Below, one piece after another: positions 9,660-19,569 of a stretch of DNA of 64,000 bases (position 1 is the first letter of the stretch; each line of letters starts with the position of its first letter). The notes under the pieces are model-generated. The model was not told the DNA's origin. It made no database searches and worked only from the letters and a program-made list of their open reading frames with translations. Source of the stretch: an uncultured delta proteobacterium. Lineage in GTDB: Bacteria; Desulfobacterota; Binatia; UBA9968. Both the position numbers and the translations under genes were made by a program. Location: NCBI GenBank assembly GCA_963767275.1, contig CAVYDL010000001.1, forward strand, positions 257,393 to 321,392, in the 5' to 3' direction.

Positions 9660-10276
9660 TCGAGGACACTTTCATGCGTAGATTACGATTCATGGCAGCG
9701 AGCTTATTAGGTTTATTGATGCTCACGGCGGCGGCGAGCGCCGGCCCCCTCGATTCTCCCGGCGCGCAGAAATCCCTCGTGTGCAGCGCCTGTCACGGCT
9801 TTGCCGGCAATACGCCAGGACAATACATGCCCGTGCTCGCCGGCATGAACGCCAATTATTTCAAGAAAGCCATCAAGGATTACGCCGAGGGCAAACGCCC
9901 GTCGCCGGAGATGGAACCTTACGCGAAGTATATTTTACAGTTCGGTTTGGATGAGATCGCAGATTATTTCGCCAGCCAAAAAAAGCCGGCGCCGGCCAAC
10001 CTAAAGGTCGCGGCCAAGGCACCCAGCCGTGGCTCCACCCTCGCCGCCCAGTGCATCGCCTGCCACGGTGCCAAAGGCGACGGTGACAACGAACGCGTCG
10101 TCCCGGCCCTGCGCGGACAACCCAGGGGTTTTCTGCAGACTCAGATGGCGCTGTTCGCCGGCGATAAGCGCAAATTGGAAATCGCTGAAATGGAAGAAGC
10201 GAAAAAGCGCAGCTTCAACGGACTCACCGAAGCCGACCTCACCGACCTGGCGACGTATTACGCGACGCTAAGATAA
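9656..10276 (+). CDS. fccA: Diheme cytochrome c (FccA-like cytochrome subunit); its start overlaps the fccB stop (ATGA).
   Basis: Signal peptide plus two CxxCH motifs (CSACH, CIACH), about 200 aa; ATGA overlap with the upstream stop at 9656-9659. Confidence 0.75.
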   Translation: MIEDTFMRRLRFMAASLLGLLMLTAAASAGPLDSPGAQKSLVCSACHGFAGNTPGQYMPVLAGMNANYFKKAIKDYAEGKRPSPEMEPYAKYILQFGLDEIADYFASQKKPAPANLKVAAKAPSRGSTLAAQCIACHGAKGDGDNERVVPALRGQPRGFLQTQMALFAGDKRKLEIAEMEEAKKRSFNGLTEADLTDLATYYATLR

Positions 10277-10580
10277 TCCCGAACACAGGGAGAACCCACC
10301 GGCCTGTGCGACGATGAGACCCCGTCGCAACGGTCCTTGCCCAGTAAAGGTGGAAAATTATTTCGCCGCAAGCGGATTTCGCCAGTGGCGACACCGGCTC
10401 CAAGCGGATCAGCTGATTTTTTTCGTTCGCTGAGCACCTTCGTCGATTTCTATATTGCTACACCCGGCAGCCTCGATCATCCGACCTCCATCGGGGCCTT
10501 TGAATGCAAAATATCGCCGGCTGCGGCTGGCAGCATCACGGCGAAGTTTGTATAAGAAACGTCGGAACTCGTTCAGCTTC

Positions 10581-11762
10581 ATGACTCCGGCAAACTCCGA
10601 CACCCTCTGGACCCGCGCTTTCGTACTGCTTTGCATCGTCCAGTTCTTAGGCTACGCGCAGCACTTCGTGCTGCAACCGACCTTGCCAATCTACGTGACT
10701 CACCTCGGTGCCACCCCATTCGTCGTTGGCTTGGTGATGGCTTCCTTCGCCGCCACCAGCATGATCTTGCGGCCGCTGGTGGGCTATTGGTCCGACCGCT
10801 GGAGCGAAGCCGGTGTGATGATCTCCGGCCTGCTAATCCAAGGCGCCAGCGTGTTGCTTTGCTACCTGCCGTTTGTCACCACCACCATGATCGCCAACAG
10901 CTGCCGCGGCGTCGGCTGGGCCAGCGTCAATTCCGGCGGCTACGCGCTGCTCGCCCAGAGCGCTCCCGCCGCCCGCCGCGGTGAAGCGTCGGGTTACTAC
11001 AGCGGCGCCCAGGGCAGCGCGACGATTCTTTTGCCAGCCTTGGCGCTCTGGTTGATCGATGCGCCCTTCGGCGGCTTTCACGTCGTCTTCGCGGTTTCCA
11101 TGAGTATCGCCGTCACCGGCGCCGCTCTCGGACTGCTCCTGCGCGATCGCGCCGTAAGCAGCGCGCGGCAACAGCGCAACGCCCTCGCCGGTCCCTGGTG
11201 GCGTGAGATCATTAGAATTCCCGACAAAGATATTTTGCTCGCCGCCGGCTTGCTGTTCGCATTGCATGTTTCGCTGCCCGCCGTCGCCGGCTTTCTGGTT
11301 CTCTACGCGCGCCAGTTGGGCATCGAGCATTTCGGCTGGTACTACGTTGCCAGCGGCGCGACGAGTCTAATTGCCCGCCCGCTGCTCGGCCAGCTCTCCG
11401 ACAAGATTGGCCGTGGCGCCGCTATCGGCGCCGGTTTCATTCTTGAAGCCGCGGCATTCTGCGTCGTCGTAAACGCCACCACGCTGGGCGGCATGATCGT
11501 CTCGGGAATGCTTTACATGACCGGCTCGTCAATGGGCACGGCGGCGACGTTGGCGCTCGCCCTGCAGCACGCCAACCCGGAACGGCGCGGCCAAGTGATC
11601 GCGACTTATTCGATGGCCTATCCGCTCAGCGCCGGCGTCGGCTCATTGCTCGCCGGCAGCGCCATCCAAATGGCCGGATACAGCTGGATGTTTATTTTCA
11701 TCGCCCTGCTCAATATCCCCGGCCTGTGGATCACCTGGAAAAACCGCGCGAGCTTGCAATGA
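10581..11762 (+). CDS. MFS transporter, paralog 1 of 5.
   Basis: About 390 aa, 12 predicted TM segments. N-terminus LWTRAFVLLCIVQFLGYAQHFVLQPTLPIYVTHLGATPFVVGL and the RRGEASGYYSGAQ motif are shared by all five paralogs. Confidence 0.8.
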   Translation: MTPANSDTLWTRAFVLLCIVQFLGYAQHFVLQPTLPIYVTHLGATPFVVGLVMASFAATSMILRPLVGYWSDRWSEAGVMISGLLIQGASVLLCYLPFVTTTMIANSCRGVGWASVNSGGYALLAQSAPAARRGEASGYYSGAQGSATILLPALALWLIDAPFGGFHVVFAVSMSIAVTGAALGLLLRDRAVSSARQQRNALAGPWWREIIRIPDKDILLAAGLLFALHVSLPAVAGFLVLYARQLGIEHFGWYYVASGATSLIARPLLGQLSDKIGRGAAIGAGFILEAAAFCVVVNATTLGGMIVSGMLYMTGSSMGTAATLALALQHANPERRGQVIATYSMAYPLSAGVGSLLAGSAIQMAGYSWMFIFIALLNIPGLWITWKNRASLQ

Positions 11763-11789
11763 CAATGATGAAGAAACGTTTTCACCACG

Positions 11790-11870
11790 AACGGCACCGA
11801 GTTCACGAAGGCAAGCGATATCCTATCAACGCCTATACGCACTTTCCCGGACTTCGTGTCCTTCGTTGTG
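11790..11870. repeat. CACGAAG/CTTCGTG hairpin element between MFS1 and MFS2.
   Basis: gttcacgaaggcaagcg ... cttcgtgtccttcgttgtgaac (inverted repeat). Confidence 0.55.
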
Positions 11871-11884
11871 AACGATGCTAATCC

Positions 11885-13066
11885 ATGCCCACGCCACGAT
11901 CACATACACTCTGGACGCGCACGTTTCTCTTGCTTTGCACCGCGCAGTTCTTCGGCTCGTCGCAGCATGCGCTGCTGCAGCCGACCTTTCCGCTCTACAT
12001 TACGTCCCTCGGCGGCACGCCGTTTCAAGTCGGCCTCGTGCTGGCATGCTTTGCAGTGACCAGTGTGGTGTTCCGTCCGCTGATCGGCGGATGGGCGGAT
12101 CAATGGTCGGAGGCCGGCGTCTCGTGTTGCGGCTTGTCGTTGTTATCCGCTGCCATGTTGCTCTGCTTTATTCCCTTCGCAGAGGCGATCATGTTCGCCA
12201 ATGCGCTGCGCGGGCTCGGTTGGGCGGCGATGAGCGCGGCGGGATACTCTTTGCTCGCTCTCAGCGCGCCGCCGCAACGGCGCGGCGAAGCGTCCGGTTA
12301 TTACAGCGGCGTCCAAGCGAGCGGGACGATTTTATTTCCGGCGGTGGCCCTCTGGCTGATTGACGCGCCGTTTGGCGGCTTTCATGTGGTTTTCACGGCA
12401 GCGCTTGTGCTTGCCGCCTTGGGCGCCGGCACCAGCGGGATTCTATTCCGGCGCCTGCCGAAGAAATCTCACGATCGCCACGGCGCGGAACTCGGGCCTT
12501 GGTGGCGGGAGATTCTCAATGTCCTCGATCGTGAGATTATTCTCGCCTCGGTCTTGTCGTTTCTATCCCATGTGACATTCCCGGCGCTGGCGAGCTTTCT
12601 GGTGCTCTATGCGCGTGAAATCGGCATCGAAAACCTGGGTTGGTTCTTCGTCGTCAGCGGCGCCACCAGCTTACTGTGCCGGCCGCTGCTCGGCAAAGTT
12701 TCCGATCGTATCGGCCGCGGACGCGCGCTGCTCGCGTGCTTCGCTTTGGAGAGCGTCGCCCTAGCGGCACTCGCTTTCTCATCCAGTCTTTTTGCCTTGA
12801 TGGTTTCGGGCATGCTCTACATGGTCGGCTTGGCGATGTCGAGTTCAACCACATTGGCGATAGCCATGGAACAAACCAAGCCGGAACGCCGCGGCAGGGC
12901 GATGGCAACGTTTTCCGTTGCGCTTCCCTTGAGCAACGGCATCGGCGCGCTGATCTGCGGCAGCATCGTTCAAGGGTTGGGCTTTTTCTGGATGTATCTC
13001 GCCGGCGCGGCCTTCGCCGCGGTCGGCTTGATCATCACCATCGTCAACCGGGCGCAACTGAAATGA
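11885..13066 (+). CDS. MFS transporter, paralog 2.
   Basis: LWTRTFLLLCTAQFFGSSQHALLQPTFPLYITSLGGTPFQVGL ... RRGEASGYYSGVQ. Confidence 0.8.
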   Translation: MPTPRSHTLWTRTFLLLCTAQFFGSSQHALLQPTFPLYITSLGGTPFQVGLVLACFAVTSVVFRPLIGGWADQWSEAGVSCCGLSLLSAAMLLCFIPFAEAIMFANALRGLGWAAMSAAGYSLLALSAPPQRRGEASGYYSGVQASGTILFPAVALWLIDAPFGGFHVVFTAALVLAALGAGTSGILFRRLPKKSHDRHGAELGPWWREILNVLDREIILASVLSFLSHVTFPALASFLVLYAREIGIENLGWFFVVSGATSLLCRPLLGKVSDRIGRGRALLACFALESVALAALAFSSSLFALMVSGMLYMVGLAMSSSTTLAIAMEQTKPERRGRAMATFSVALPLSNGIGALICGSIVQGLGFFWMYLAGAAFAAVGLIITIVNRAQLK

Positions 13067-13494
13067 TCTAAGGCTAGTCGGGATTGAGAATGCGGTGCCG
13101 CCGGCGTTATCACGAGACCTGCCAGTTGCATCGCCCGCCGCAAGCGCGTCGATACTCACCCTCGTAACCGCCGTTGAAATAAGTTATGAAAATCAAAACA
13201 CTTGCGCGCTGCACGTTGAGTTATCGCAAACACTTTCGCTATTACTTTCTTAGAGGTTGGCCGCCGGCGTTTGCCTCCTGGAGCTGCCGTGGCCCGCGGC
13301 ATTCCTAGCGGCAGAGCCGCCAACGAAAAAAGAAGTAGTTTAACCCAATGAGAATACTATTGCGTTAACCACTTCATTGTCCGGTCGAAAGATCGCCGGG
13401 GCGCGGCAGACGCGGCAAGTTTACTTTCCAGGCTTTCTCGATCATCCAGCTTGAAAAGTTCATGGATTGGCCGTCAGGATAACTCAGAAATCCG

Positions 13495-14477
13495 ATGAGT
13501 AGAAAATTCTGGCCGCTTGTCTTTGCGCTCTACTCTTGACCGCAAGCGTTCCGGTCCAGGCACAGCAGCCAAAGAGGATCCCGCGAGTGGGGTATCTCGC
13601 GGCCGTTTCTGCTTCCGCTGACGCGCCTCGGCTGGAGGCGTTTCGCCAAGGGCTGCGTGACTTTGGCTATATTGAGGGCAAGAACATTTTTGTTGACTAC
13701 CGACATCAAAGCCGCAGCTTCGAGCGCCTTCCCGACCTCGCCGCCGAGTTGATCGCTCTGAAAATCGACGTGCTCGTCGCAGTCACGACGAATGCGGCTC
13801 TCGCTGCCAAGAAGGCTACCACGACCGTCCCATCGTTTTTATGGGAGTGACCGATCCGATTACCGCTGGGTTGGTCGAGAGTCTGGCGCGACCCGGCGGA
13901 AACAGTACTGGGGTTACCAACATGGCGGCGATTTTGACCGGTAAACGACTGGAGTTATTGAAAGAGGCCATTCCCAAGGTGCGTCGTGTTGCCGTCCTGT
14001 GGGACCCTCAGGCCCCGGGCTCGACACCACAATGGAACGAAAGCCAGGAGCCGGCCCGGGCGCAGGGCCTGCAACTTCATTCAATGCAGGTAAGCAGCGC
14101 CGACAAATACGAGGCCGCTTTCAAAGAAGCCGTCAAGGCACGCAGCACCGCTGTCTGGATCACACTGAACCCTTTGGCCAATTCTAACCAAAAATTGCTC
14201 GCGGCGCTGGCCGTCAGTCATCGCTTGCCATCGATATGTGCGCGCGCAGATTACGCGGAAAATGGTTGTCTAATCGCCTATGGACCCGGTTACACTACCG
14301 AGGGTAAAGACGGAGCGCGCTACGTCGACAAGATCTTGAAGGGCGTGAAGCCTTCACGAGATTCCAGTGGAGCAGCCGATGAAATTCGAGCTCCTGGTTA
14401 ATTTGAAGACCGCCAAGCAGATCGGCGTCACGGTTCCGCCCTTGGTGCTTTATCGGGCCGATAAGCTGCTGAAGTAA
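13495..14477 (+). pseudogene. ABC_sub_bind-type (PF04392-like) periplasmic substrate-binding protein, broken by 3 or more frameshifts (near 13510, 13850 and 14380).
   Basis: MSRKFWPLVF (frame a), then LTASVPVQAQQPKRIPRVGYL...IEGKNIFVDYR...LKIDVLVAVTTNAALAAKKATTTVP (frame b), then GVTDPITAGLVESLARPGGNSTGV...CLIAYGPGY...YVDKILKGVKP (frame c), then FELLVNLKTAKQIGVTVPPLVLYRADKLLK* (frame d). Confidence 0.6.
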
Positions 14478-14697
14478 CAAAGCGATCGGATATTGCTCAC
14501 CGCCTGATTTTGCCCATCAGCCGGGCGCAGACGCGAGCGGCTGAAGAGCGTCGCAGATCGGTTAGCAGCCTCGCTTCCGTAGTTTTTCCATCAACTCGAT
14601 TCCAATCTCGGTTCGTGTTAGCGTGGGCGCGCTTTGCCGCCCACGTGTCGTCTTGCATTCGACAGGCCCGCGCAAAGAATTTCGCGACAATCATTTG

Positions 14698-15876
14698 ATG
14701 GCACACCAGCGGCTCGATACCATCTGGACGCGCACGTTTATTCTTTTATGTGCCGCTCAGTTGCTTAGCTACGCGCAGCATTTCATGCTCGCGCCGGTGC
14801 TACCGCTTTTCCTCACCCAACTGGGAGCGCCGCCGGTCGTCGTCGGCATCGTGCTCGCCTGCTTCGCCGTCACCAGCGTCATCGTCCGTCCGCTGGTCGG
14901 TCACTGGGCCGACCGCTGGAGCGAAGCCGGCGTAATGATCGCCGGCTCGCTGTTTCAAGCGGCGGCCATTTTTCTCTGCTTCATGCCGTTTATCTCCGCC
15001 ACGGCATTGGCCAACGGCCTGCGCGGCATCGGCTGGGCCGGATTGAACACCGGCGGCTACTCGCTCCTGGCGCTGATCTCGCCGGAGAAAAAACGCGGCG
15101 CCGCCTCGGGTCTCTACAGCGGCGTGCAAAGCTCGGCGCAAATCTTTTTTCCGCCCATCGCCCTCTGGCTGCTCTACGCCTCCTTCGGCGGCTACCGCCT
15201 GGTATTCGTCATCACCGCGATCTTTTCCGTCGCCGGAGCAATCGCCGGCTGGGCGATGGCGTCGTCGGTGCCGCATCCGGCGAAGGCGAATCGCACCGAC
15301 GAAGCAACCGATTGGTGGCGCGAAATATTTCATTTCGTCGAACCGGAGATTTTACTGCCGTCGCTGCTTTTGCTCTGGCTCAACCTGGCGCTGCCGGCGA
15401 TCACCAACTTCAGCATTCTCTACGCCAAAGAACTCGGCATCGGCAATTTCGCGCCCTACTTCGTTGTCATCGGCGCCACCAGCATGCTCGGCCGGCCGCT
15501 GCTCGGACGCCTGTCCGATCGCATTGGCCGCGCTCGTTCCATCGCCGCCGGATTCGCGCTGCAGACGGTTGCTCTGGTGCTCATTACCGCCATGACGAAT
15601 TTACTGGGTATGATTGTCTGCGGGGCGATTTACATGCTCGGCAACGCCATCGGCAGCTCGACCACGCTGGCGCTGGCCGTCGAACGCGCCGATCCCCAAC
15701 GCCGGGGTAAACAGATGGCGACTTTCTCCGTCGCTTATCCGTTAAGCTATGGCGTCGGCTCGCTGATCACCGGCAGCGCCATCGACATCGCCGGCTACAT
15801 CGGCATGTTCTTACTGCTGGCAATCACGCAAGCAGGCGGACTGTTATTTATCGTCGGGCGACGCGCCAAACTGTAA
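14698..15876 (+). CDS. MFS transporter, paralog 3.
   Basis: IWTRTFILLCAAQLLSYAQHFMLAPVLPLFLTQLGAPPVVVGIVLACFAVTSVIVRPLVGHWADRWSEAG. Confidence 0.8.
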   Translation: MAHQRLDTIWTRTFILLCAAQLLSYAQHFMLAPVLPLFLTQLGAPPVVVGIVLACFAVTSVIVRPLVGHWADRWSEAGVMIAGSLFQAAAIFLCFMPFISATALANGLRGIGWAGLNTGGYSLLALISPEKKRGAASGLYSGVQSSAQIFFPPIALWLLYASFGGYRLVFVITAIFSVAGAIAGWAMASSVPHPAKANRTDEATDWWREIFHFVEPEILLPSLLLLWLNLALPAITNFSILYAKELGIGNFAPYFVVIGATSMLGRPLLGRLSDRIGRARSIAAGFALQTVALVLITAMTNLLGMIVCGAIYMLGNAIGSSTTLALAVERADPQRRGKQMATFSVAYPLSYGVGSLITGSAIDIAGYIGMFLLLAITQAGGLLFIVGRRAKL

Positions 15877-15979
15877 ATACACGGGACTGCGAAAATTCTC
15901 TGCGCCGTTACTCCGGCACTCCAGTATTGCAATCGTCCGGCCGCATGAGTTTTTGCAGGCGCCATGCTAGACCACAACG

Positions 15980-17164
15980 ATGTCCGTTGCATCGTCGAAC
16001 CGATCCCTCTGGACGCGAGGGTTTGTGCTGCTCTGCGTGGCGGAATTTCTTTGCTATGCGCAGCACTTCGTTTTGCAGCCGGCGCTGCCCCTTTATATCA
16101 CCCACCTGGGTGGCTCGCCGTTCATCGTCGGTCTGGTTATCGCCGCTTTCGGCATTACCAGCGTCATCTCGCGACCGATCATCGGCTATTGGGTCGATCG
16201 CTGGAGCGCTCCCGGGATGATGGTTCTCGGCATGATCGGCCAGGGGCTGAGCATTTTGTTTTGCTTGCTCCCGATCAACGCCGCCGTGATCGTTTCCAAC
16301 GCGCTGCGCGGTATTGGCTGGTCGAGCATGGCGGCATCGGGTTACACGCTGCTGGCAACGTCCGCGCCGCCGCAACGTCGCGGTGAAGCATCCGGCTATT
16401 TCGGCGGCGTCCAGTCCAGCGCGACGATTATTTTTCCCGCCATAGCGCTTTGGGTCATCGACTCACCGCTGGGCGGTTTCCGCGCGGTATTTCTGTTGGC
16501 CATGACTTTCGTTTTCGCCGGCGCAATCGCCGCATGGGCTCTGGCGCGTATCGCACCGCGGCACAGCCAGGAAAGTAAAATGGACGCCGGGGAACCTTGG
16601 TGGCGCGAGATTATCAATGTCGTCGACCGCCACATTCTCACCGCGGCGTTGCTGATTTTTACTTTGAACATGTCGCTGCCCTGCTTCTCCAGCTTCATTG
16701 TGCTTTACGCCCGCGATCTCGGCGTCGGTAACTTCGGTTGGTATTACGTTGCCGTCGGCGTGACCAGTGCGTTGGGGCGCCCGCTGCTCGGCCGTTTTTC
16801 CGACAAGTTCGGCGCCGGCCGGTCATTGCTGATCGCTTTCAGTCTAGAGACTGTCGCCTTGCTGATCATGCCGCTCGCCGGCAGCCTCCCGGGCTTGATC
16901 TTGGGCGGTGCTCTTTGGTACACGGGCGCCGCCATCGGCGGCGCGCGGATCATGGCACTGGCAATGGAATCTGCGCCGGCACAGCGCCGCGGCCGGGCGA
17001 TGGCGAGCTATTCCACCGCTTTACCCCTCAGCAACGGTATTGGGGCGTTGATCAACGGCATAGTCGTCGACCTGGCCGGCTTCCGTTGGATGTTCACCAT
17101 CGCCGGCATCCTCTGCGCCGCCGGATTCGTTGTGATTTGGAAACAATGGGCGAAATTGCGCTAG
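15980..17164 (+). CDS. MFS transporter, paralog 4.
   Basis: LWTRGFVLLCVAEFLCYAQHFVLQPALPLYITHLGGSPFIVGL ... QRRGEASGYFGGVQ. Confidence 0.8.
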   Translation: MSVASSNRSLWTRGFVLLCVAEFLCYAQHFVLQPALPLYITHLGGSPFIVGLVIAAFGITSVISRPIIGYWVDRWSAPGMMVLGMIGQGLSILFCLLPINAAVIVSNALRGIGWSSMAASGYTLLATSAPPQRRGEASGYFGGVQSSATIIFPAIALWVIDSPLGGFRAVFLLAMTFVFAGAIAAWALARIAPRHSQESKMDAGEPWWREIINVVDRHILTAALLIFTLNMSLPCFSSFIVLYARDLGVGNFGWYYVAVGVTSALGRPLLGRFSDKFGAGRSLLIAFSLETVALLIMPLAGSLPGLILGGALWYTGAAIGGARIMALAMESAPAQRRGRAMASYSTALPLSNGIGALINGIVVDLAGFRWMFTIAGILCAAGFVVIWKQWAKLR

Positions 17165-17331
17165 GGCGAATTACTTTCCGCCGCGGCAATCCACCACAAT
17201 AGTCATCACTGTAGGAGCGACAGAAACCTATGATCATGAAGGCACACGAGGGAAACCGATGTGTGAATTAAGTACCCGACACTTCGCGTCGTCGCGGTGA
17301 ACATTTCAGCCGGACTGCCTTCAAAACAACC

Positions 17332-18516
17332 ATGACCATTGCCAACCACGCATCTCTTTGGACCTCCACGTTTGCCCTGCTCTGCGTAGTCCAGTCGTTG
17401 GGTTACGCGCAGCAGGCCATGCTCAACCCGACTATCCCGCTCTACATCACTCAGTTGGGCGGTTCGCCCTTCGTGGTCGGATTGACGATCTCCTCGTTTG
17501 CCGCAACCAGCGTGATAGCCCGGCCCTTTATCGGATACTGGTCCGACCGCTGGAGCGAGTGCGGCGTGTTGGGGTTCGGCCTGCTCGTGTTGGCGGCGAG
17601 CATGCTGCTGTGCTTTTTTCCCTTCGTAAGCATGGTTCTGCTCGCCAACGCCCTGCGCGGCATCGGCTGGGCCGGAGTCAACGCCGGCGGTTACGCTCTC
17701 TTGGCGCGCATCGCGCCGGAATCCCGCCGCGGCGAGGCGTCGGGATATTACAGCGGCGCGCAATCGACGCCGACGGTACTCTTTCCCGCCGTCGCACTGT
17801 GGCTGTTGCATGCGCCTTTTGGCGGTTACAATTTGGTATTTACCATCATGATCGCTTTGGGTCTCGCCGGAGCCGGCGTTTGCTTGTTCATGTCCCGGCA
17901 GGTCCCGGCGGTTGAGCGTCGGGCCGAATCATCATCAGGGTCGCTCCCTTGGTGGCGGCAAATCTTCAGCGTGGCGGAACAGGGCGTGTTGCTGCCCGCG
18001 GCTTTGATGTTCTGCAATCAGTTGAGTTTTCCGGCGATCACCAGTTTCATCGTGCTTTACGCCCGCGAGATCGGCATCGGCGCCATCGGTTCCTATTTCG
18101 TCGTCAGCGGCATCACCAGCGTGCTCGCCCGCCCATTGCTCGGTCGTGTTTGCGATCGCATCGGCATCGGCTATTCGCTGGTCGCGACTTTCACGCTGCA
18201 GGCCCTTGCCCTGCTGTTATTGGCCGCCGCGTCAAATCTCGCGACGATTTTGTCCGCGGGAGTGCTCGCCATGCTGAGCATGGCGATCGGCGGTTCGGCG
18301 ACCCTGATCATTGCCATGAATCGCGCCACGCCGGAGCGGCGCGGCCGCTTCATGGCGTCATTTTCGATCGCCTACCCGCTCGGCTACGGTGTCGGTGCGG
18401 TTATCACCGGCACTGCCGTCGAGATGATCGGATATTCTTGGACTTATCTTTTTCTCGCTGCGCTTGGCCTATCCGGACTTGTGTTGACCCTAACCAACTG
18501 GTCGGATCTTCGCTAG
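17332..18516 (+). CDS. MFS transporter, paralog 5.
   Basis: LWTSTFALLCVVQSLGYAQQAMLNPTIPLYITQLGGSPFVVGL ... SRRGEASGYYSGAQ. Confidence 0.8.
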   Translation: MTIANHASLWTSTFALLCVVQSLGYAQQAMLNPTIPLYITQLGGSPFVVGLTISSFAATSVIARPFIGYWSDRWSECGVLGFGLLVLAASMLLCFFPFVSMVLLANALRGIGWAGVNAGGYALLARIAPESRRGEASGYYSGAQSTPTVLFPAVALWLLHAPFGGYNLVFTIMIALGLAGAGVCLFMSRQVPAVERRAESSSGSLPWWRQIFSVAEQGVLLPAALMFCNQLSFPAITSFIVLYAREIGIGAIGSYFVVSGITSVLARPLLGRVCDRIGIGYSLVATFTLQALALLLLAAASNLATILSAGVLAMLSMAIGGSATLIIAMNRATPERRGRFMASFSIAYPLGYGVGAVITGTAVEMIGYSWTYLFLAALGLSGLVLTLTNWSDLR

Positions 18517-18618
18517 CAATGAATTTAATTCACAACTCATTCCGCTCGCCGGCGAACCATGGGAAGATAGCGCAAGCCGGATTGCCAGCTTTAATGCCCG
18601 GCCTATGGTAGGAGATCA

Positions 18619-19458
18619 ATGATCTATCCGGCGACAAATAACGCCGACGGCGCAGCCGTCGCCGCTCACTACGACGAGCTTGATCGGTTTTACCGAGCGG
18701 TGTGGGGAACCAATCTGCATCATGGTTATTGGCAGCACGGCGACGAGAGTACCGAAGACGCAATACTAAACCTGACCAGGCTCGTCGCGACACTGGCACA
18801 GATCACAACCGGCAGCCGAGTTTGCGACTTCGGCTGCGGCTACGGCACCCCCGCGCGGTTTTTCGCGCAAGAATACGGCGCCGATGTTACCGGCATGACG
18901 ATTTCGCGCCGCCAGCATGATCTTGCGCGCGACATAGCCGGAAATAACGTCAGCTTCTTGTTGTGCGACGGCCTGGCCAATAATTTACCTGAGGAGTCTT
19001 TCGATGCGCTGGTTGCAATCGAAAGCACCGAACACATAGGCGACAAGCCGGGCTTTTTTCACGAAGCTCATCGGTTGCTGCGCCCCCAAGGTCGCGTAGT
19101 CGTCGCCGCCTGGCTTGCGCGCGAGCAAGCTACACCTCTCGAAGCTAGATTTTTACTCGAACCGATCTGCGTAGAAGGGCGCCTGCCCAACATGGCCGCG
19201 CCGTCGGAATATCTAACCATGCTCAAGACGGCCGGATTTCGTGAGCCTGTTTTCTCGGATCTGAGCCGCAAAGTCAGCAAGACCTGGAGCATATGCGCTT
19301 ATCGCTTGATAAAAACCATTGCCTCCAATGCCGAACTCCGCCACGAGTTGTTCCGACCCGACTGGCCCAACCGTGTGTTTGCGAAAACTGTGTTTCGCAT
19401 CTGGCTCGCGTACCACACCGGTAGCATGCGCTACGGGATTTTCTCCGCCACGAAATAA
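18619..19458 (+). CDS. Class I SAM-dependent methyltransferase (gamma-tocopherol-MT/RebM-like fold).
   Basis: HYDELDRFYRAVWGTNLHHGYW ... VCDFGCGYG (motif I) ... DALVAIESTEH ... LLRPQGRVVVAAW. Confidence 0.75.
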   Translation: MIYPATNNADGAAVAAHYDELDRFYRAVWGTNLHHGYWQHGDESTEDAILNLTRLVATLAQITTGSRVCDFGCGYGTPARFFAQEYGADVTGMTISRRQHDLARDIAGNNVSFLLCDGLANNLPEESFDALVAIESTEHIGDKPGFFHEAHRLLRPQGRVVVAAWLAREQATPLEARFLLEPICVEGRLPNMAAPSEYLTMLKTAGFREPVFSDLSRKVSKTWSICAYRLIKTIASNAELRHELFRPDWPNRVFAKTVFRIWLAYHTGSMRYGIFSATK

Positions 19459-19569
19459 CCACCGATAGAACCGCATTGCCGGCAGTGGTCGATCGATGGC
19501 TATTCTCCGCGCCATGGAGTAATAACATTTTCGTTTGCAATTTTGCGATTCGACAGGAAATGGCTGGCC

